A DNA stretch of 64,000 bases from Betaproteobacteria bacterium (GTDB lineage: Bacteria; Pseudomonadota; Gammaproteobacteria; Burkholderiales; UBA3065). Below, piece after piece: positions 63,507-64,000 of the stretch. Both the position numbers and the translations under genes were made by a program. Numbering within the stretch: position 1 is the first letter of the stretch; every line of letters begins with the position of its first letter. A model generated the notes under the pieces. That model was not told the DNA's origin and did not search any database. It saw nothing but the letters and a program-made list of their open reading frames with translations. The DNA lies in assembly GCA_009927815.1 (NCBI GenBank), contig RFMI01000093.1:678-64677 (forward strand), in the 5' to 3' direction.

Positions 63507-64000
63507 CCGGCCCGGCGCGGCGCTTTGCCGCCTACTATTTCTTCTATTTCGCGTTCGTTGGCGTCTTCTCGCCGTACTGGTCGCTGTACCTGAAGCATCT
63601 CGGGTTTGGCGCCTTCGACATCGCCGTACTGATGTCGCTGCTGCAGGTGACGCGGGTGTTTGCGCCGGCGTTGTGGGGTTGGTTGGCCGACCACCTTGGC
63701 CGGCAGGCAGTGGTGGTTCGGGCGGCGGCCTTGGCCGGGATGTTGGTGTTCCTGCCGGTGTTCTGGGTGCGCGACTTTGCCGGCATGTTTGCGACCATGC
63801 TGCTCATAGCCTTCTTCTGGAGCGCGTCGCTGCCGCTGGTAGAGGCGATGACGCTGGGCCACCTCGACCGCAACACCGCCCACTATGGCCGCATCCGTCT
63901 GTGGGGCTCGGTCGGTTTCGTGTTGACGGTGCTCGGCTGCGGCTGGTGGCTCGACCACGCCAGCATCGACGCGCTGCCGTGGCTCGTGTTGGCGCTGCTG
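63502..64000 (+). CDS. MFS transporter, N-terminal fragment (3' end outside window)
   Basis: This frame is open to the window edge and is not in the ORF track. It reads '[25 protein letters not shown]' and '[11 protein letters not shown]'. The TTG 63502 start overlaps the aroC stop and is tentative. Confidence 0.55.

Overview
This is a high-GC proteobacterial chromosomal segment, roughly two-thirds G+C by eye. Gene content and synteny (tig-clpP-clpX-lon-hupB-tRNA-ppiD; proB-obg-rpmA-rplU next to ispB; nrdAB; lolCD; hpnCDE) fit a beta- or gammaproteobacterium. My guess of a betaproteobacterial facultative methylotroph is inference only.

I can support about 60 protein genes, 4 tRNAs, several intrinsic terminators and a few candidate regulatory sites. 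I saw no rRNA, CRISPR array, transposase, integrase, phage gene or recognisable defence system.

Regions 1-38 kb and 58-64 kb are ordinary housekeeping. The accessory-looking part is 38-57.4 kb, which contains in order:
- a periplasmic SoxY-SoxZ fusion-like protein with a single Cys in a GGC motif, next to a secreted MBL-fold hydrolase;
- an NDH-2 gene packed 4 nt from a three-component RND efflux pump;
- an orphan pterin-4a-carbinolamine dehydratase;
- a XoxF-type PQQ methanol dehydrogenase carrying the D-x-D signature of lanthanide enzymes, with strikingly different codon usage from its neighbours;
- an xoxJ-like binding protein, a YVTN propeller and an MxaD-like protein;
- a convergent MoxR-DUF58-MxaA-VWA-TPR-VWA (mxaRSACKL-like) cluster.

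No mxaF/mxaI and no c-type cytochrome gene is visible in the window.

Three conserved genes (lon, lolC/E, the mxaC-like VWA gene) are each split by what looks like loss of one base in a short homopolymer, and the clpP 5' end may be a fourth case. Consensus or assembly error is the more likely explanation, but I cannot test this here.

I did not find a clear-cut new system. The least understood module, and my best candidate for undescribed biochemistry, is the SoxYZ-like carrier plus MBL hydrolase linked to the XoxF island.
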